From the IMG/VR virus record IMGVR_UViG_3300042922_000542, positions 124,001-188,000 of that record: DNA of 64,000 nucleotides; one strand, 5' to 3'. This document shows, piece by piece, positions 19,901 through 29,948 of this stretch; within the stretch, counting starts at the first letter, position 1, and the number at the start of each line of letters is the position of its first letter. The translations under genes and the position numbers were made by a program. Below the pieces are notes generated by a model, which was given only the letters and a program-made list of their open reading frames with translations, was not told the DNA's origin and ran no database searches.

Positions 19901-20290
19901 TTATATGGATAGTAATATAGTTAATGGATCCCTCTCATCTTTATGAATTTCATTAAGCCTAAAATTATATTCTGTTCGACCTGCCTTAAATTCCTCAAGT
20001 TTTATTTGTGATTTTTCAGCTGCTTCTTTATAACTATTGGCATGTACATAAATAGTCTTCATATGATCGCGGTGATCACAAAATCCATCACAATAGTTAT
20101 GAGTTATTTCGGTAAAGAAAATCATAGGTTGTTCTAATTCCATATCTTCTTCAACTATATAGTACTCAATCGTTCCATGTATTAACCTAACTGGAGAAAT
20201 ACATTCTTTACTTTCAGCCTCGACAAACTTGGTTGATAAGTATAATTTTCTAGATTTATCATGAAATATGTCTATTTTATATCTTGGCAT
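19901..20290 (-). CDS. hypothetical protein
   Basis: 129 aa overlapping the upstream gene end. Confidence 0.65.
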   Translation of the reverse strand: MPRYKIDIFHDKSRKLYLSTKFVEAESKECISPVRLIHGTIEYYIVEEDMELEQPMIFFTEITHNYCDGFCDHRDHMKTIYVHANSYKEAAEKSQIKLEEFKAGRTEYNFRLNEIHKDERDPLTILLSI

Positions 20291-21699
20291 ATTACCACCG
20301 TCCTATCACATTTTTGTTTAGCAACTAGAATTGGAATGTTTAGAATATTTGCTAAAATTATTAGGTCACCATTCATAACATACTCTTTATCATTAATATT
20401 AATATTGCTAAAATATTCACTAAGATCAATAAATGATAATTCATTTATTATTTTATCATTAATATATTCATTTTCATCATTTAGACATCTAGTGCGTTTC
20501 CAATAATTTTTCATTTTATATAATTTATCATCAGTTACGTCTTTTACATTTGGCATATAATCACTCAACTCAAATACCATTGCCGATGCAATGGTATTAA
20601 ATTCAACCTCAGCATACATCCACTTTTCTGCAATATCCGCACCTACAAATTCATCAACGATATTACATTCCAGAATACGCCCGTTTGGTAGCATGTATTT
20701 ATATCTAGTTTTTGTGATTAATGGTTTACTAATAAAGAATTTCAAATATTCATATAACATTTTACCAATAGATATTTCTAACTCTGCTCTTGAAATAGTT
20801 CCATCTGATTTACCTGTTATAAAATACTCAGGTCCGGCGTCAATTGACGTCACCTTTCTAATTCGAATTTCATTATCAAATGATTCCAAATAACCCTGTT
20901 CGATATTACATTTTGATATACATTTTAAATTGTCAGGGAGTGATTCTATCAAATATTTCTTTTCAATTTCTTTGTCAAAAACAGTTATTGGTGTACAATT
21001 ATAGATCATATCTATAGATCCATCAATAATATTATCTGATTTTTCAGGTTGATTTACATTAGATGTAGGGCGCCATGAAGTCACTAGCTTATATATATTG
21101 CCATTATTTTTTACATGAACTGCCGCATCTAAATATTTATCTATCTTTTCAACCCATTCATTGAATCCTAGTTCAGACATTGCATGTAATAATATATTGG
21201 CACTATTCTTACCAAAGTTTCTCATAGCTAATAAATCATATGCACTTAATCTAAGAAGATCTTGAATATATTTGACATGACCACGCATTAAACTGTTACG
21301 TGTCAATGTTGGTAGATTCAAAATGGATATACTGGATCTCATCAATTCATATTGTGTAGGTTGATCAATGAGTTTAGTGATATTACTTAAATGATAATTT
21401 AATAGACGGATTACCTTAGACTTAATTTGGCTAACTCTTGTAGATGTTCTATCAATTATTAAAGCAATTTCATTTGAATTATGTCGATCGTTTCCGTCTA
21501 AACCGTAATAAAGGTTTATTACACGTTGCTGTATTTCTGTTAATTTTTTAATGCCATCCATTAATACTAATGAAAGTTCTTCAGATTTATTATATTTTGA
21601 TAATAAATCTTTCAATGTATTTGGATCTTTTTTGAATATATCTTGTAACAATTTTCTTTCACGTTCATTAACGTTGTCAATACTTATACAATGTCCCAT
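20272..21699 (-). CDS. fusion protein: sigma70 region-4 HTH + RNAP alpha-CTD-like domain + CYTH (triphosphate tunnel) domain
   Basis: LTEIQQRVINLYYGL..NEIA..TRVSQIKSKVIRLL (sigma4); ISILNLPTLTRNSL..IQDLL..LLAMRNFGKNS (alphaCTD); EIEKKYL..IEQGYL..IRIRK..TGK..RAELE..KTRY..AEVEF..DVT (CYTH). Confidence 0.85.
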   Translation of the reverse strand: MGHCISIDNVNERERKLLQDIFKKDPNTLKDLLSKYNKSEELSLVLMDGIKKLTEIQQRVINLYYGLDGNDRHNSNEIALIIDRTSTRVSQIKSKVIRLLNYHLSNITKLIDQPTQYELMRSSISILNLPTLTRNSLMRGHVKYIQDLLRLSAYDLLAMRNFGKNSANILLHAMSELGFNEWVEKIDKYLDAAVHVKNNGNIYKLVTSWRPTSNVNQPEKSDNIIDGSIDMIYNCTPITVFDKEIEKKYLIESLPDNLKCISKCNIEQGYLESFDNEIRIRKVTSIDAGPEYFITGKSDGTISRAELEISIGKMLYEYLKFFISKPLITKTRYKYMLPNGRILECNIVDEFVGADIAEKWMYAEVEFNTIASAMVFELSDYMPNVKDVTDDKLYKMKNYWKRTRCLNDENEYINDKIINELSFIDLSEYFSNININDKEYVMNGDLIILANILNIPILVAKQKCDRTVVICQDIK

Positions 21700-21719
21700 T
21701 TCAAGTTCTCCCTTAAATT

Positions 21720-21923
21720 TTATGATTTGAAGTGACCAGGATAGTTATTATGATATAATTCCACTTTCATTAAATATATCGACTCACCCGTTTCAAGCGT
21801 TTTACTTAATTCATCCAATAATGTCTCCCCAGTTTCATTATTATCAGGATCGACAGACCTTATAGTATAGCTACCATCGATATGTTCTATAATTATTGCC
21901 CCATTTTCAAATTCATTATACAT
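21720..21923 (-). CDS. hypothetical protein
   Basis: 67 aa, AAGGAG RBS. Confidence 0.6.
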   Translation of the reverse strand: MYNEFENGAIIIEHIDGSYTIRSVDPDNNETGETLLDELSKTLETGESIYLMKVELYHNNYPGHFKS

Positions 21924-21926
21924 AAT

Positions 21927-22244
21927 CTAATTCTCCTTTATAATTTCAATGCCGCCATGATCTGATAAATGTTTAGTTAGATCATCAATTGATATTAGAT
22001 TATTACTATATTTTTCATACAATTCTAAACATTGATCTATGAAGATAGGAATTTTCTTTTCAGCAGTTTTAGGCCAGTAATTATCATGTAGAACTGATAC
22101 TGGAATTGATAGCATCATAATAAATACTTTTTCAGTTGCATCCTTAACTGCGTCTTCTTTAAGTTTTTCCATTTGGCTCTCTGTGAGTATATATGTAGTT
22201 TCCTTTTTGCTTTTTTCACTACGCCTGCGCTCTGATCTATTCAT
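21927..22244 (-). CDS. hypothetical protein (MNRSERRR.. family seen in Firmicutes phages)
   Basis: AAAGGTG RBS before ATG 22244; IPV.VLHD..W motif. Confidence 0.65.
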   Translation of the reverse strand: MNRSERRRSEKSKKETTYILTESQMEKLKEDAVKDATEKVFIMMLSIPVSVLHDNYWPKTAEKKIPIFIDQCLELYEKYSNNLISIDDLTKHLSDHGGIEIIKEN

Positions 22245-22256
22245 ATAAAACACCTT

Positions 22257-22592
22257 TCATTTGAGTGAATTGTCTTCACAAATAATATGTTTCATACTAG
22301 CATCATCTACGTTATATACACTACCATTGAATGCTAAGTATTGATACCCAGTATTTTTTGCGATTTCCCTACATTTATGGTAATCAGACGGCCAGACATT
22401 TTGACTATTAAATACATCCTTCCATAATAGCGAAAGGACCGTAGATGAGGCGGTCCCTTCATGTTTATCACATTCTATTTCAGTAGCCTCTGCATCTGGA
22501 TCTATTCCATTCATTCTGAAAAACATATCATCAAGTCCCATTCCCGCAGCTTTCTCATGTGCTTCCCTGTTTGTCATTATTGACACCTCCAT
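22257..22592 (-). CDS. hypothetical protein
   Basis: 111-aa ORF; internal ATG at 22577 has a GGAGG RBS. Confidence 0.65.
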   Translation of the reverse strand: MEVSIMTNREAHEKAAGMGLDDMFFRMNGIDPDAEATEIECDKHEGTASSTVLSLLWKDVFNSQNVWPSDYHKCREIAKNTGYQYLAFNGSVYNVDDASMKHIICEDNSLK

Positions 22593-22635
22593 AATTTATA
22601 AATTGCAATAATAGATATTTAATATCATAATACTT

Positions 22636-23148
22636 TTATCCAAAAACTATTTTACCTTTCTTTGTTGATATAATACCTGATAGCCAACCGAAACTATCCG
22701 CTTCACCAGGTCCTACATTAAAACCATTTTCTTTCATTATATTAATATTTTCCCAATTTGGGGTTCCTTCAGATGTTATAAGAAATATATTTGCCCATTC
22801 TTCAAGTTTGTCATTAGATATTATTTTCTCACCATCTGTTACTTTGCGACAGTAGTGACCAACTTCACCACTTGTTAAATCGGTAAATGTTTCACCTTCA
22901 TTTAGGTTATCCTCATCGGTTGTTAAATAAATATTGATACCTGGAATATCACCATCGACTTCTTCAATTGTCTTAAGAATCAATATAAAAGCATCGATGT
23001 TTTTGCACAATCGATCTTTAAGTCCTTCTTGTTTAAGTATAGGCTTTAATATTGTTACAGCAGTTTTAATATTCAATTCATTTACCTCCACAATTTTATT
23101 GTTTAATTCCACATGTATTAATAATATATCAATAATAATATAAAACAT
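22636..23148 (-). CDS. hypothetical protein (true start probably downstream of 23148)
   Basis: C-terminal GE.DSFGWL.G.I.T.KG..VFG motif; early promoter motif GATATATTAT at 23121-23130 lies inside the ORF-track 5' end. Confidence 0.65.
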   Translation of the reverse strand: MFYIIIDILLIHVELNNKIVEVNELNIKTAVTILKPILKQEGLKDRLCKNIDAFILILKTIEEVDGDIPGINIYLTTDEDNLNEGETFTDLTSGEVGHYCRKVTDGEKIISNDKLEEWANIFLITSEGTPNWENINIMKENGFNVGPGEADSFGWLSGIISTKKGKIVFG

Positions 23149-23181
23149 GCTATAAAAATATTTTTTATTTGACTATGAACA

Positions 23182-23206
23182 AACCCCTTTATAAAACACT
23201 ATATTG
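23182..23206 (+). promoter_or_regulatory. late-type promoter candidates AACC-N6-TA (23182-23193) and AACA-N6-TG (23195-23206)
   Basis: Match the AR9-type late consensus; directly upstream of a virion gene. Confidence 0.5.
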
Positions 23207-23224
23207 TAATATATTACGAAAGGA

Positions 23225-25510
23225 ATGATATTATATATGCCAACAATATTACCAAGTGGGGAAGAGGTGTTTGTAACACCTGAAGAAATATTAAAGTATT
23301 TAAACAGTGATGGACTACGTCAACTCCTACGTCAGGAGCGTCTTCATTGGAATTTAAAACCAAATAAGGATGCCGATTATTATAGTAAAGCAACTAACTA
23401 TAAATATAGTGGTGACCTTCATAACGAAGGAGATCATCAGAGAATGGAAGTTAGAACATTCCCTGATAATGGTGCAAACCCAGGATATGCTGGTGTAGCA
23501 GTCGATGGTGGAGAATTCGGTTTAACTCATAATAGAGAAAAATGGGATCATGCACTAAGCGATGAGTCTAAAGAAGCAATTAGTCAAAGAGTCGAGGTCG
23601 GAGTTTCCGGAGTTCGCGCAGATAAAATGGGATATGGTCTTGAGGGAGAAGTTGTCGAAAAGAATTCCCATAATAGAGAAGCCAGTATGATTTTTGATTC
23701 CGTTGATGGTAGGGCGTATTTATTATCAAATGATGAGCCGTTCTATGTTAATAATGAAGAACGTTCTCCTGAAACAAGATTACCATTAAGAACTGTAGCA
23801 AGAATTGCTGATATTCCAACTAGAATAACAGATCTTGGTAATGATTTCGATTTTATATCAGATTGGGATTATCATCACACTGATAATGATTTTACACATT
23901 CAAACAGATATGTTCTTGATAATTTAGATGATAGGACATTTGTATCACCAGAAATATCGAAAGATGCAAGTGGTAGTTATATAAGTAATAATTATGTCGG
24001 CCTTGCTGGATTGAGTAATTATGCTGAAGGTGACAGTACTGGATCTGATGGTGGTCGTGCATCAAACATTCAACCTGAAATAGGTTCTAATAATGATAGG
24101 CAAAATGCTGCGGTAAATAGTTATAATAAAAATAAAAATTTCAGTGGTAATAACTATTCAAACGGATATTTTCCTGGTGTATTCAAATCATTCGAGGAAT
24201 TAGAAAAGGTGGATATATTAAGACAAAAAAGAACTACATTAAATAGTGCAACGCCTGGCGGCAGACGAAGACAAAATTATTATGAATTCGATGGAATCTG
24301 GGCATATAATAGTTATGATAGAACTGCCAGTGATACAAGTTATCTATCTGAAAGTCATAATCCTACTAATATAGAAAATGCTATTGGATTTAAGCCGACT
24401 TCATTTAATAATTTAAATCAAGACACTACATTTAATTCTTCAATGTTATACCAATGGAGATACAATAGGGTTAGTGTTTATTGGGAATCTAAAAATATTA
24501 CTATATTAATTGCGGATCCTGGAGTTGATTATAAAGTTGGCGACTTGTTAAGATATACATACACTAATGAAATTATAACATATAAAGTCAATAGTGTTGG
24601 ACCTAATGGAGAAATACTAAGTGGTCAATATCTAACACCAGATATACCAGTCAGATTTGAACAAGACCCATCTACAAATGGAATTGGTGTCCCATTCACT
24701 GATTATGTTTCTGGTGGAAAAGGTGCAACTTTGATTATTGCATGTAAAGCATCAGTATATGTAAATGCAACTCAAATAAAAAATAATTTATATGCATATG
24801 TCGATGTTGTACCTACAGTGCGTAGTGACAATACATCTAAATGGTCAGATATTAATAATCCATCTACCGACAATGGTGTTGTTGTTCGTAGTACTGCACC
24901 ATCGCCAGCATACACTGGAGTTAATAGTGGTCGCGGAGGAGATGCCCCATCAAGTTTATCATCCGAACATGCATTCTATGAGCATGGTGGAAATGCTACA
25001 GCTGGGCCGCATATACACATATTCAAATATGTTATAAATACAACTGATCCAACATGGGAAATTGTGGACGGCGTAAAAGTATATACTGGTAAATGGGTTG
25101 ATTGCGGTCCTCTAGGTTTGGAAAGACCTGCTGATATCAAGGCGTTATTATTTTCCAATTCAGATTGTAATAACTTTAATAATTATTATAAATTTACTTT
25201 GGATATAATGTTAGATATGATGAATCGTAATCCTGATAGAGTTATATCCAACAATGAAACCGCTTTGAGTAATATGTATATACATATGGCGGAATCAGAT
25301 CCGGAACCTGATAAAAAATTCTATATTAAACGTATAAATCCAATAACATCTGCAATTGAAACAGTTGATATTACAAATAAAGTGTATTATATCAATATGG
25401 GTACAAGGGTTCCATTTGTATATAACGCCGGACCTAAAAATGACCCAACTTTCGGTTATGGAAATACTCCAATAGGCTGGGTATCACTTGTAGGAACAAT
25501 TGGTAATTAA
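23225..25510 (+). CDS. putative virion structural protein (baseplate/tail-associated)
   Basis: 761 aa, G/S/N-rich, ADPGVDYKVGD and GGKGATL fibre-type motifs; precedes the neck gene. Confidence 0.55.
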   Translation: MILYMPTILPSGEEVFVTPEEILKYLNSDGLRQLLRQERLHWNLKPNKDADYYSKATNYKYSGDLHNEGDHQRMEVRTFPDNGANPGYAGVAVDGGEFGLTHNREKWDHALSDESKEAISQRVEVGVSGVRADKMGYGLEGEVVEKNSHNREASMIFDSVDGRAYLLSNDEPFYVNNEERSPETRLPLRTVARIADIPTRITDLGNDFDFISDWDYHHTDNDFTHSNRYVLDNLDDRTFVSPEISKDASGSYISNNYVGLAGLSNYAEGDSTGSDGGRASNIQPEIGSNNDRQNAAVNSYNKNKNFSGNNYSNGYFPGVFKSFEELEKVDILRQKRTTLNSATPGGRRRQNYYEFDGIWAYNSYDRTASDTSYLSESHNPTNIENAIGFKPTSFNNLNQDTTFNSSMLYQWRYNRVSVYWESKNITILIADPGVDYKVGDLLRYTYTNEIITYKVNSVGPNGEILSGQYLTPDIPVRFEQDPSTNGIGVPFTDYVSGGKGATLIIACKASVYVNATQIKNNLYAYVDVVPTVRSDNTSKWSDINNPSTDNGVVVRSTAPSPAYTGVNSGRGGDAPSSLSSEHAFYEHGGNATAGPHIHIFKYVINTTDPTWEIVDGVKVYTGKWVDCGPLGLERPADIKALLFSNSDCNNFNNYYKFTLDIMLDMMNRNPDRVISNNETALSNMYIHMAESDPEPDKKFYIKRINPITSAIETVDITNKVYYINMGTRVPFVYNAGPKNDPTFGYGNTPIGWVSLVGTIGN

Positions 25511-25547
25511 TTATATAATTAAAAAATATTAAGGATGTGATGAAAAA

Positions 25548-26267
25548 GTGAATATAAGTCGATGTACATCATCATTAATACAACAACTCGGATTATATAA
25601 TGTTAATCTTCCATTCAAAGAACCAACCGAGAAGGTTATTCAAAACATATTAAAAACTACTACTATCCCAGAATACTCGGAATTTGTACCTTGGATAAAG
25701 CAAGACACTGTAGACATTAGAGCATTAAAATGTGTTAATCCAAACGAGCACATATACATATTGCCGGGTTCATTAACTATGACACCTGTGAAATATGTGT
25801 CAGACGTAGCTATACCATCAAATCAATTTAGAGGTTCATATGGTGCGGTTGCTCCTTCATATGGTATCACTCGTGCAGCTCAAGGTGTTGCTACAGGTCA
25901 GGCTGCAATGATGTTAGTCGGGCAGATGCGATCTGAGCCAACATTTGAATATTTAGGATATAATCAGATTAGATTGTATGCATTTCCGAAGAGCCTTGTT
26001 ACATTCAAAGTAGCTTGCGAACATTTGGAAAACGGTGAATCGATAGAACCAAGTTGTTATGATTCATTTATGCAGCTTGCATTATTAGACGTAAAGATGT
26101 TTCTATATAACAATCTGAAGTTGTATGATGGTATTACTACAGCATTTGGCACAATACAATTGAAAACAGATGAGTTTCAAAGTGCTGAATCTGATAGAAA
26201 TGCTTTACTTGAGGATTGGAGAAATACGTTTCATTTGGATAATATTGATTGGATCGAATGGATGTAA
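25548..26267 (+). CDS. head-tail neck/adaptor protein, T4 gp13-like
   Basis: LIQQLGLYNVNLP N-terminus and LALLDVKMFL..YDGITTAFGTIQL..RNALLEDW C-terminus parallel the gp13 pattern. Confidence 0.6.
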   Translation: MNISRCTSSLIQQLGLYNVNLPFKEPTEKVIQNILKTTTIPEYSEFVPWIKQDTVDIRALKCVNPNEHIYILPGSLTMTPVKYVSDVAIPSNQFRGSYGAVAPSYGITRAAQGVATGQAAMMLVGQMRSEPTFEYLGYNQIRLYAFPKSLVTFKVACEHLENGESIEPSCYDSFMQLALLDVKMFLYNNLKLYDGITTAFGTIQLKTDEFQSAESDRNALLEDWRNTFHLDNIDWIEWM

Positions 26268-26280
26268 AATTTAAACAAAA

Positions 26281-26313
26281 AAATAGATAGGGGATATAAT
26301 CCCCTATCTATTT
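26281..26313. terminator. bidirectional terminator
   Basis: AAATAGATAGGGGAT-ata-ATCCCCTATCTATTT perfect 15-bp stem between convergent genes. Confidence 0.85.
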
Positions 26314-26704
26314 AACTCTTTTTTATTTTTCCATATGGAGTCTTTTGTTCTGGAACAGTTGGATCTTTATATACGAATCCATCCATATATGGTTTTGGTA
26401 ATTTAGTCCAAGTAATAACATTATTCGTGCGGTCCTGTCCAATATCATCAAGTTTCTTACCACTATATCCAATGACATCGTATGTTTCACAGACATTTTT
26501 TCTAATGTTATCTATAAATCTCTCTGTAGATGGATACCAATATAAATTCATAATGTACCTTTGTTGATTCGGCACTTCAATGGTACATTGGTACCAATCC
26601 TGTTCTGTCGGTTTAACTTTGGGGAAGATATTCCATTTCGGATAGGTTAATTTACCAAATATTATCCCCCGTAAAAATTGATATATGTTGCGTAGTGTTT
26701 TCAT
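26312..26704 (-). CDS. DUF551-like hypothetical protein
   Basis: WNIFPKVKP..Y.CTIE and VITWTKLPKPY. Confidence 0.55.
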   Translation of the reverse strand: MKTLRNIYQFLRGIIFGKLTYPKWNIFPKVKPTEQDWYQCTIEVPNQQRYIMNLYWYPSTERFIDNIRKNVCETYDVIGYSGKKLDDIGQDRTNNVITWTKLPKPYMDGFVYKDPTVPEQKTPYGKIKKS

Positions 26705-26733
26705 AAATCAATGTAACCCCCTTATTTGTTATT

Positions 26734-26994
26734 TTATTTAAATGAAATATTTTCTATAGATATGTGATCATCATATTCATAGATATATGCAGTTACTGTT
26801 GCCGAACCTACTCTTATTTTACTAAATGTACAGATATCCTCAGTATTAATTATTTTTCTACCATTAATAAATTTAGATAATAAACCATTAGCACTGAGTT
26901 TATTGCTACATAATCCGTTAAATACATTTCGATTGAAAAATCCCATTTTTACAGGTTTACCATTCCAGTTTAATTGGTTTATATCATCGGGCAT
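26734..26994 (-). CDS. hypothetical protein
   Basis: 86 aa in a small-gene cluster. Confidence 0.6.
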   Translation of the reverse strand: MPDDINQLNWNGKPVKMGFFNRNVFNGLCSNKLSANGLLSKFINGRKIINTEDICTFSKIRVGSATVTAYIYEYDDHISIENISFK

Positions 26995-26997
26995 AGT

Positions 26998-27408
26998 TTA
27001 AAACTCCTCTTGAATTAGTTTATTGATGGGAACTCCCCTAATTAATTTTCGCCAACCTTTATGATTTAATACAACATTGAAGTGATTTCGACAATGATCG
27101 ATTAATTCAGCTATATCATATGTTGCACAATCACGACCCTCAATTCCGCCAACATAATTTGAATCAGGAGTTTCTTTATACCCACACCTGACCCAATATT
27201 TACCATCTAATTTATTTTTTCTAATCATGACAGTGAAGATCTTTCCATCAAATATTTCATATTCTCTGAATATTTCGTCATATGTATCACAAGATGTTTT
27301 TGCTGGCACCGCATACTCATTTTCATCTTTATGAAGACATAAAGATTCTTTACGTAATTCCTGGTCTAATTTATTACATACATTTGAAAGTGGCATATAA
27401 ACCTCCAT
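26998..27408 (-). CDS. hypothetical protein
   Basis: GGAGG RBS precedes ATG 27396; early motif at 27433-27442. Confidence 0.7.
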   Translation of the reverse strand: MEVYMPLSNVCNKLDQELRKESLCLHKDENEYAVPAKTSCDTYDEIFREYEIFDGKIFTVMIRKNKLDGKYWVRCGYKETPDSNYVGGIEGRDCATYDIAELIDHCRNHFNVVLNHKGWRKLIRGVPINKLIQEEF

Positions 27409-27432
27409 AAATTTTTATTCATATATGTATTA

Positions 27433-27442
27433 ATAATATATA
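27433..27442 (-). promoter_or_regulatory. early-type promoter motif TATATATTAT
   Basis: Recurrent motif. Confidence 0.55.
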
Positions 27443-27476
27443 ATACGTTATCGATTATATGCGGTATGCAATATGA

Positions 27477-27887
27477 TTAAACTATGTATGATAGTATAAA
27501 TAAAACGAATTCGTGTAATCTTTGATCTATGTTAATATGCATAAACCCGTATGTGTTATAATCATTAATTTGATCCCACGACATTCCTTTAAATCGCATA
27601 ATTAACTTAACTGGGATTCTAGTATCAATTATTACATGCGATATAAATAATGTTAATGACACAGTAGATACTTGAAAATCTGTTACTATAACACGTAACA
27701 GTACGAGAATAGTCAAAGTGAAGAATGCATAAACGTAACTATGTGAGACGAGTGCCCCAATTGCGTTTAAATAATTTCCTTTAATCCATTTACCCTTATT
27801 TATTGCTTGACACTCCCATTGTAATATCCAATCCACAAATAGACTTACAAAATAGGATATAACTAAAAATTGAACATTAATTCTCAT
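27477..27887 (-). CDS. DUF3307-family membrane protein
   Basis: Hydrophobic helices with SHS..Y, SHVIID and IDQRLH motifs. Confidence 0.75.
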   Translation of the reverse strand: MRINVQFLVISYFVSLFVDWILQWECQAINKGKWIKGNYLNAIGALVSHSYVYAFFTLTILVLLRVIVTDFQVSTVSLTLFISHVIIDTRIPVKLIMRFKGMSWDQINDYNTYGFMHINIDQRLHEFVLFILSYIV

Positions 27888-27893
27888 TATACA

Positions 27894-28214
27894 TCATTCC
27901 TTTTCTTTATATTGGTTTAAGTTGCTTGGTATGCTACACGTTTCTTTCAAATCATCTTTATCAATTAGATTTAATAAAGCAATACCTAGTGCAGTATTCT
28001 GGAGGATTCTCTTTCGTAATTCAATCTTAGCATGGGGATTCATAGGATCGATATCATCAATTTTTACGATACGTTTTTTGAACATTAATTTCCATTCTTC
28101 CAAATCCCATTGTTTATTATATTCTCCCCATAAGAATTCTTGTACCTTTCTGGCGCTCATAATTGCTTCAAATAAATATTTTTCTTCTTCAGTTAATATA
28201 TCAAAATTGTTCAT
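27894..28214 (-). CDS. hypothetical protein
   Basis: 106 aa, overlaps the upstream stop. Confidence 0.65.
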   Translation of the reverse strand: MNNFDILTEEEKYLFEAIMSARKVQEFLWGEYNKQWDLEEWKLMFKKRIVKIDDIDPMNPHAKIELRKRILQNTALGIALLNLIDKDDLKETCSIPSNLNQYKEKE

Positions 28215-28551
28215 TTAACAATTCCCATAGAGGATCTTCGAATGGTTTGATTATAATTTTAGCGCCAATAAATTTTTTCACAGCTTCTTCTACGGCATCA
28301 TCATATATGAATCTAATATCTCTAAAGAATATAATTTCTTCAATAATATTATCTTCATTTACTTTAATACCTCCTCGTGTTGCACCCGGAAACCTTAATG
28401 CATAGCATCCATGTTCGTTAGGCTTACCTTCATAGATGTATGTACAAACGTAGTCTGGATAATTTCCTATGAGGTGCTTATCAATTTCTTTTGTTAGATC
28501 ATTTACATAATCATTATCATTCCTATATTTCGGTGTAGTAATTAGATCCAT
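28201..28551 (-). CDS. hypothetical protein (LRFPGATRGGI motif)
   Basis: 116 aa, AAGGAG RBS. Confidence 0.65.
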   Translation of the reverse strand: MDLITTPKYRNDNDYVNDLTKEIDKHLIGNYPDYVCTYIYEGKPNEHGCYALRFPGATRGGIKVNEDNIIEEIIFFRDIRFIYDDAVEEAVKKFIGAKIIIKPFEDPLWELLNEQF

Positions 28552-28589
28552 TTGATATCTCCTTATTCCTATTTTATTTTATAAAATAT

Positions 28590-28823
28590 TTACCATTTAT
28601 AACTCCATCCGCTAGTGCATTTAAGATCTTCCCCGTCATAAGGATTAGATGAATTATAATATTTACCTCTATCACAAGTGGCACCTTTTACATAATTAAC
28701 TAATAAAATTACCCGACGATCTAATCTCTGTCTAAGTTTATATTCAACAACATCTCTTGCTTTAGAGGTATTATCGGTATCTATATTATAAGTTGTGCCA
28801 TCCTTTAAAACCACTATACACAT
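28590..28823 (-). CDS. hypothetical protein
   Basis: 77 aa, GAGGGAG RBS. Confidence 0.6.
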   Translation of the reverse strand: MCIVVLKDGTTYNIDTDNTSKARDVVEYKLRQRLDRRVILLVNYVKGATCDRGKYYNSSNPYDGEDLKCTSGWSYKW

Positions 28824-28842
28824 TTTATCAATCTCCCTCGTA

Positions 28843-29295
28843 TTATACGATATTAAATTTCCTTTTTAATTCATCTTTTATGTCATATAGCTTATGTATA
28901 CTACCTGTAAATGGACAATTAATAAAACTGTCTACACAGTTGTGTTTTTGAAGTTCTTCCATAGCCCCAATACTTATACCATCTTCGATCCAAATGAACC
29001 TCCTATTCCAATCTTTTATTCCGGAGGCTTTATCAATTGGACCATGCTCCCAATTCGCAGTTTTAAATCTAGATGCGATTTTATCACCATATATCAATTT
29101 TAAGACATCATTGAAACCTGAACCCCATGATGATAACCAATAACAGTTTTCAAAATTATTAACTAAGAAATGAAGAAATCCTAGCGCACCATCTCTCAAC
29201 TCGAGTATTCCATTTTCGCGACAAAATAGAACACCATCGACATCTAGGTATATATCGACATCAATCAATAATAACAACCCCCATTCCATTTGCAT
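28843..29295 (-). CDS. HAD-superfamily phosphatase (HAD_SAK-like)
   Basis: YLDVDGVL motif I, WLSSW, FIWIEDG; early motif at 29305-29314. Confidence 0.7.
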   Translation of the reverse strand: MQMEWGLLLLIDVDIYLDVDGVLFCRENGILELRDGALGFLHFLVNNFENCYWLSSWGSGFNDVLKLIYGDKIASRFKTANWEHGPIDKASGIKDWNRRFIWIEDGISIGAMEELQKHNCVDSFINCPFTGSIHKLYDIKDELKRKFNIV

Positions 29296-29304
29296 ATTAT
29301 TATG

Positions 29305-29314
29305 ATAATATATA
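29305..29314 (-). promoter_or_regulatory. early-type promoter motif TATATATTAT
   Basis: Recurrent motif heading the 26312-29295 cluster. Confidence 0.55.
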
Positions 29315-29405
29315 ATTTTTAAATAGTATTCGTAATGTTTTCTATTATGATGCCAACAACCCCAATAATAAAAAAATACTTAACGATTGGATGTGAATTA
29401 ATAAA

Positions 29406-29948
29406 ATGGCTGGAAATAAAAAATATTATTTAGGTCTATCAGATAGACCAAACGAGTACCGTATTTGCTATTTGTTAGAAGGTAGCATGATTTATCTACG
29501 TAGATACAATGACTCAGTTATTGCAGTAAGTGATTTAGACAGATATAACTTAATTGGCACTAGTGATGTAATAGGTTCATCTATACTCAACCAGTTGGTT
29601 ATATATGTATATGGTGATATAGATGTGCGCGATTTCATACTCTCGATGTTTGATATTTTTAAATATTCGGGTACAGTTGAATTACAACAACTGATCGAAA
29701 TATTAAATTTAATTGACAAGGATTTAGATCCATATGTTTATGAGAGTTATTTAGATCACTATTCAGAATGCTTATATCCCGATAATGTTGAATTAAAAAT
29801 ATATGTATCTATATACAAGCTGCTAAGATCAATAGAATCAACACTAAATATAGATACTTTGTATGATCCTAGGGTGGAAACAATTTCATTATTCATAAAT
29901 AACATAATGATATTATTTGGATATGAAGCTGTTGAAATTACAGAATAG
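29406..29948 (+). CDS. hypothetical protein
   Basis: 180-aa ORF. Confidence 0.65.
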   Translation: MAGNKKYYLGLSDRPNEYRICYLLEGSMIYLRRYNDSVIAVSDLDRYNLIGTSDVIGSSILNQLVIYVYGDIDVRDFILSMFDIFKYSGTVELQQLIEILNLIDKDLDPYVYESYLDHYSECLYPDNVELKIYVSIYKLLRSIESTLNIDTLYDPRVETISLFINNIMILFGYEAVEITE

